This document shows positions 62,676-64,000 of a DNA stretch of 64,000 nt, one piece after another (positions within the stretch are counted from its first letter, which is position 1; every line of letters begins with the position of its first letter). Both the position numbers and the translations under genes were made by a program. A model generated the notes under the pieces. It worked only from the letters and a program-made list of their open reading frames with translations. It made no database searches and was not told where the DNA came from. The stretch is from positions 128,738 to 192,737 of IMG/VR virus record IMGVR_UViG_3300047388_000185; one strand, 5' to 3'. This stretch comes from a virus. Its lineage: Duplodnaviria; Heunggongvirae; Uroviricota; Caudoviricetes.

Positions 62676-63509
62676 ATGGCAAAACTCCCCAAGATCCCAG
62701 AAGGCATGAGCACCAATCTTCCTATGCCTAGTCTCAGTCAAATCGTTGTAGACAACCAATTTCCAGCTTATCTCCGCATGGTTGCCATGGATCTGTCCGG
62801 AGAAAGCTATTCGACGGTGGGCTCAGTTCTGTCGAAGATGTGCAACCAAGATCTTTGTTCCTTATCCAACGACTGGGTGCGGCAAACCTCTCAGGCTGCA
62901 GAAGAGCAACGCGGGGATGAGGAAGACGATGGGGAAGAAAACAGCGCATTCATTCTGCGCTTGACGAATCCCGCGACTCTGTCATATCTCATCTTCACAG
63001 CCATGATCGTCAAGGCTGAGACTGGTGAAGCCAAGTTCGACCCGCTTCTGACCGGGTTCCAAGCTGAGCTTCTGGCCTCGTTCATGCAAGCAATCGTGGT
63101 TGCCAACCAGTTCGAACGGGTAACCCTCGACTTGACCAAGTTCACTCTGAACATGGAATTCTTGGATCAAAACTTCGAGTACATCATGTCCACGGACAAC
63201 TTTAAGGCCATGAAATACGTGGCTCAACTGAAGGACGTTTGGCGCAAGATGCAGAAGTCCGAAGTCTTGGCCTTGCTGCGTGCACCGAAGGAACCTGTCA
63301 AGGAAGAGTTCAAGTCGAGTCATGGCCGGGGTCCATTTGGTAAGTTCAAGACTAAGACCGAGCGCGGCGGAGAAACATTCGGGTCGTTTAAAGACATGGC
63401 GGCAAGTCTAAATCAGACCAATTCGGAAGAGCCCAAGGAAGAACCTGCTTCGAAGGGATCGTCCCTTAGTGACTTGGAAGCTCGGCTGAGGAAACTCTCC
63501 GGCGGTTGA
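62676..63509 (+). CDS. acidic hypothetical protein
   Basis: 277-aa ORF. Confidence 0.5.
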   Translation: MAKLPKIPEGMSTNLPMPSLSQIVVDNQFPAYLRMVAMDLSGESYSTVGSVLSKMCNQDLCSLSNDWVRQTSQAAEEQRGDEEDDGEENSAFILRLTNPATLSYLIFTAMIVKAETGEAKFDPLLTGFQAELLASFMQAIVVANQFERVTLDLTKFTLNMEFLDQNFEYIMSTDNFKAMKYVAQLKDVWRKMQKSEVLALLRAPKEPVKEEFKSSHGRGPFGKFKTKTERGGETFGSFKDMAASLNQTNSEEPKEEPASKGSSLSDLEARLRKLSGG

Positions 63510-63526
63510 AAATACGAAATCGATTT

Positions 63527-63550
63527 AAAAGGGCTTTGCGGCCCTTTTTT
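63527..63550 (+). terminator. rho-independent terminator
   Basis: AAAAGGGC-TTTGCG-GCCCTTTT followed by TT. Confidence 0.6.
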
Positions 63551-63699
63551 AGTTTCTGGCTGGGTGTGTATCAGATTTGAATTTAAACGCTAGGATGGGC
63601 TGTTTAAATCGATTTCAGGCTATCCCACGGAGTGGATACCAAACCCCTTCTTTTAGCCAAGTACAGAGAAGGGGGACACTAAGGGTTAACCCTAATCTC

Positions 63700-63980
63700 G
63701 TGCCTCATTTTTAGGCAGTTCCGATGTTTTTGACTGAGTTCCGAAAAAAGGTTGGAACTTTCTGAAATTATTTTTTAGAAAGTAGAACCGAAATATTGTT
63801 ATAAATCAACGACTTAGGTGCTAAGTTCCGAAAATCTGACGTTTTTCCGGAAATATATAAGAGACTATTTTTTCGCCACAGAACAGGAGGCTTGGGTAGG
63901 CCCCCTAATAATAATAATGTCTTCTCTAAACAGTATATATATATATAGGGTTTCAGTCCCAAAACATCGGAACTGTGGTA
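63700..63980. repeat. AT-rich iteron/inverted-repeat region (AGTTCCGA repeats plus a (TA)n tract)
   Basis: AGTTCCGATG at 63717 with its inverted copy CATCGGAACT at 63968; AGTTCCGAAAA at 63738 and 63823; TTTTCCGGAAA palindrome at 63842; (AT)8 at about 63935. Confidence 0.5.
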
Positions 63981-64000
63981 GCTAAGCAACAAAATCTGTC

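Noticed and set aside
63935-63950. (TA)8 simple repeat considered as a CRISPR-like or microsatellite feature
   Set aside because: A single short dinucleotide tract. No repeat-spacer periodicity was found anywhere in the window, so there is no CRISPR array.

Overview
The window reads as one contiguous stretch of a large virulent dsDNA bacteriophage genome, about 50% GC, with AT-rich inserts and a few high-GC islands. Almost all genes are on the + strand, tightly packed and often translationally coupled through ATGA or TAATG overlaps. The one clear exception is a sigma-70-family factor on the - strand.

Recognisable content:
- Replication and nucleotide metabolism: DnaG-type primase fused to a P-loop helicase; XPD/DinG-like Fe-S helicase; family-A DNA polymerase encoded as a separate UDG-like 3'-5' exonuclease ORF plus a polymerase ORF that is interrupted at motif B by an intron-like insertion carrying a PD-(D/E)xK homing-endonuclease ORF; Cas4/RecB-like nuclease; RuvC-like resolvase; HU; ThyX; dUTPase; dCMP deaminase; ribonucleotide reductase; MazG-like protein with an in-frame TAA; DUF5664-like pyrophosphohydrolase.
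- A Thg1-like 3'-5' nucleotidyltransferase, five tRNA genes (Ser-GCT, Ser-TGA, Thr-TGT, Gln-TTG, Asn-GTT) and three atypical tRNA-like elements.
- Three free-standing HNH/EndoVII-type homing endonucleases.
- SLT lytic transglycosylase, NADAR protein, DHH phosphoesterase, lambda-type Ser/Thr phosphatase, PAAR-like protein.
- A high-GC moron island (TAXI-like binding protein, SPFH/prohibitin, RyR-domain protein).
- A recurring promoter-like motif TGGTATAAG (13 copies) and a series of rho-independent terminators.

The most unusual feature is a superfamily of at least 25 small paralogous ORFs whose extreme C-termini are QL[D/S/E]LF(D/E), a match to the bacterial beta-sliding-clamp-binding pentapeptide. 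A tandem array of five Cys-motif paralogs and a structured iteron/inverted-repeat region at the 3' end were also noted.

All calls come from reading the sequence and the ORF translations; no database searches were run.
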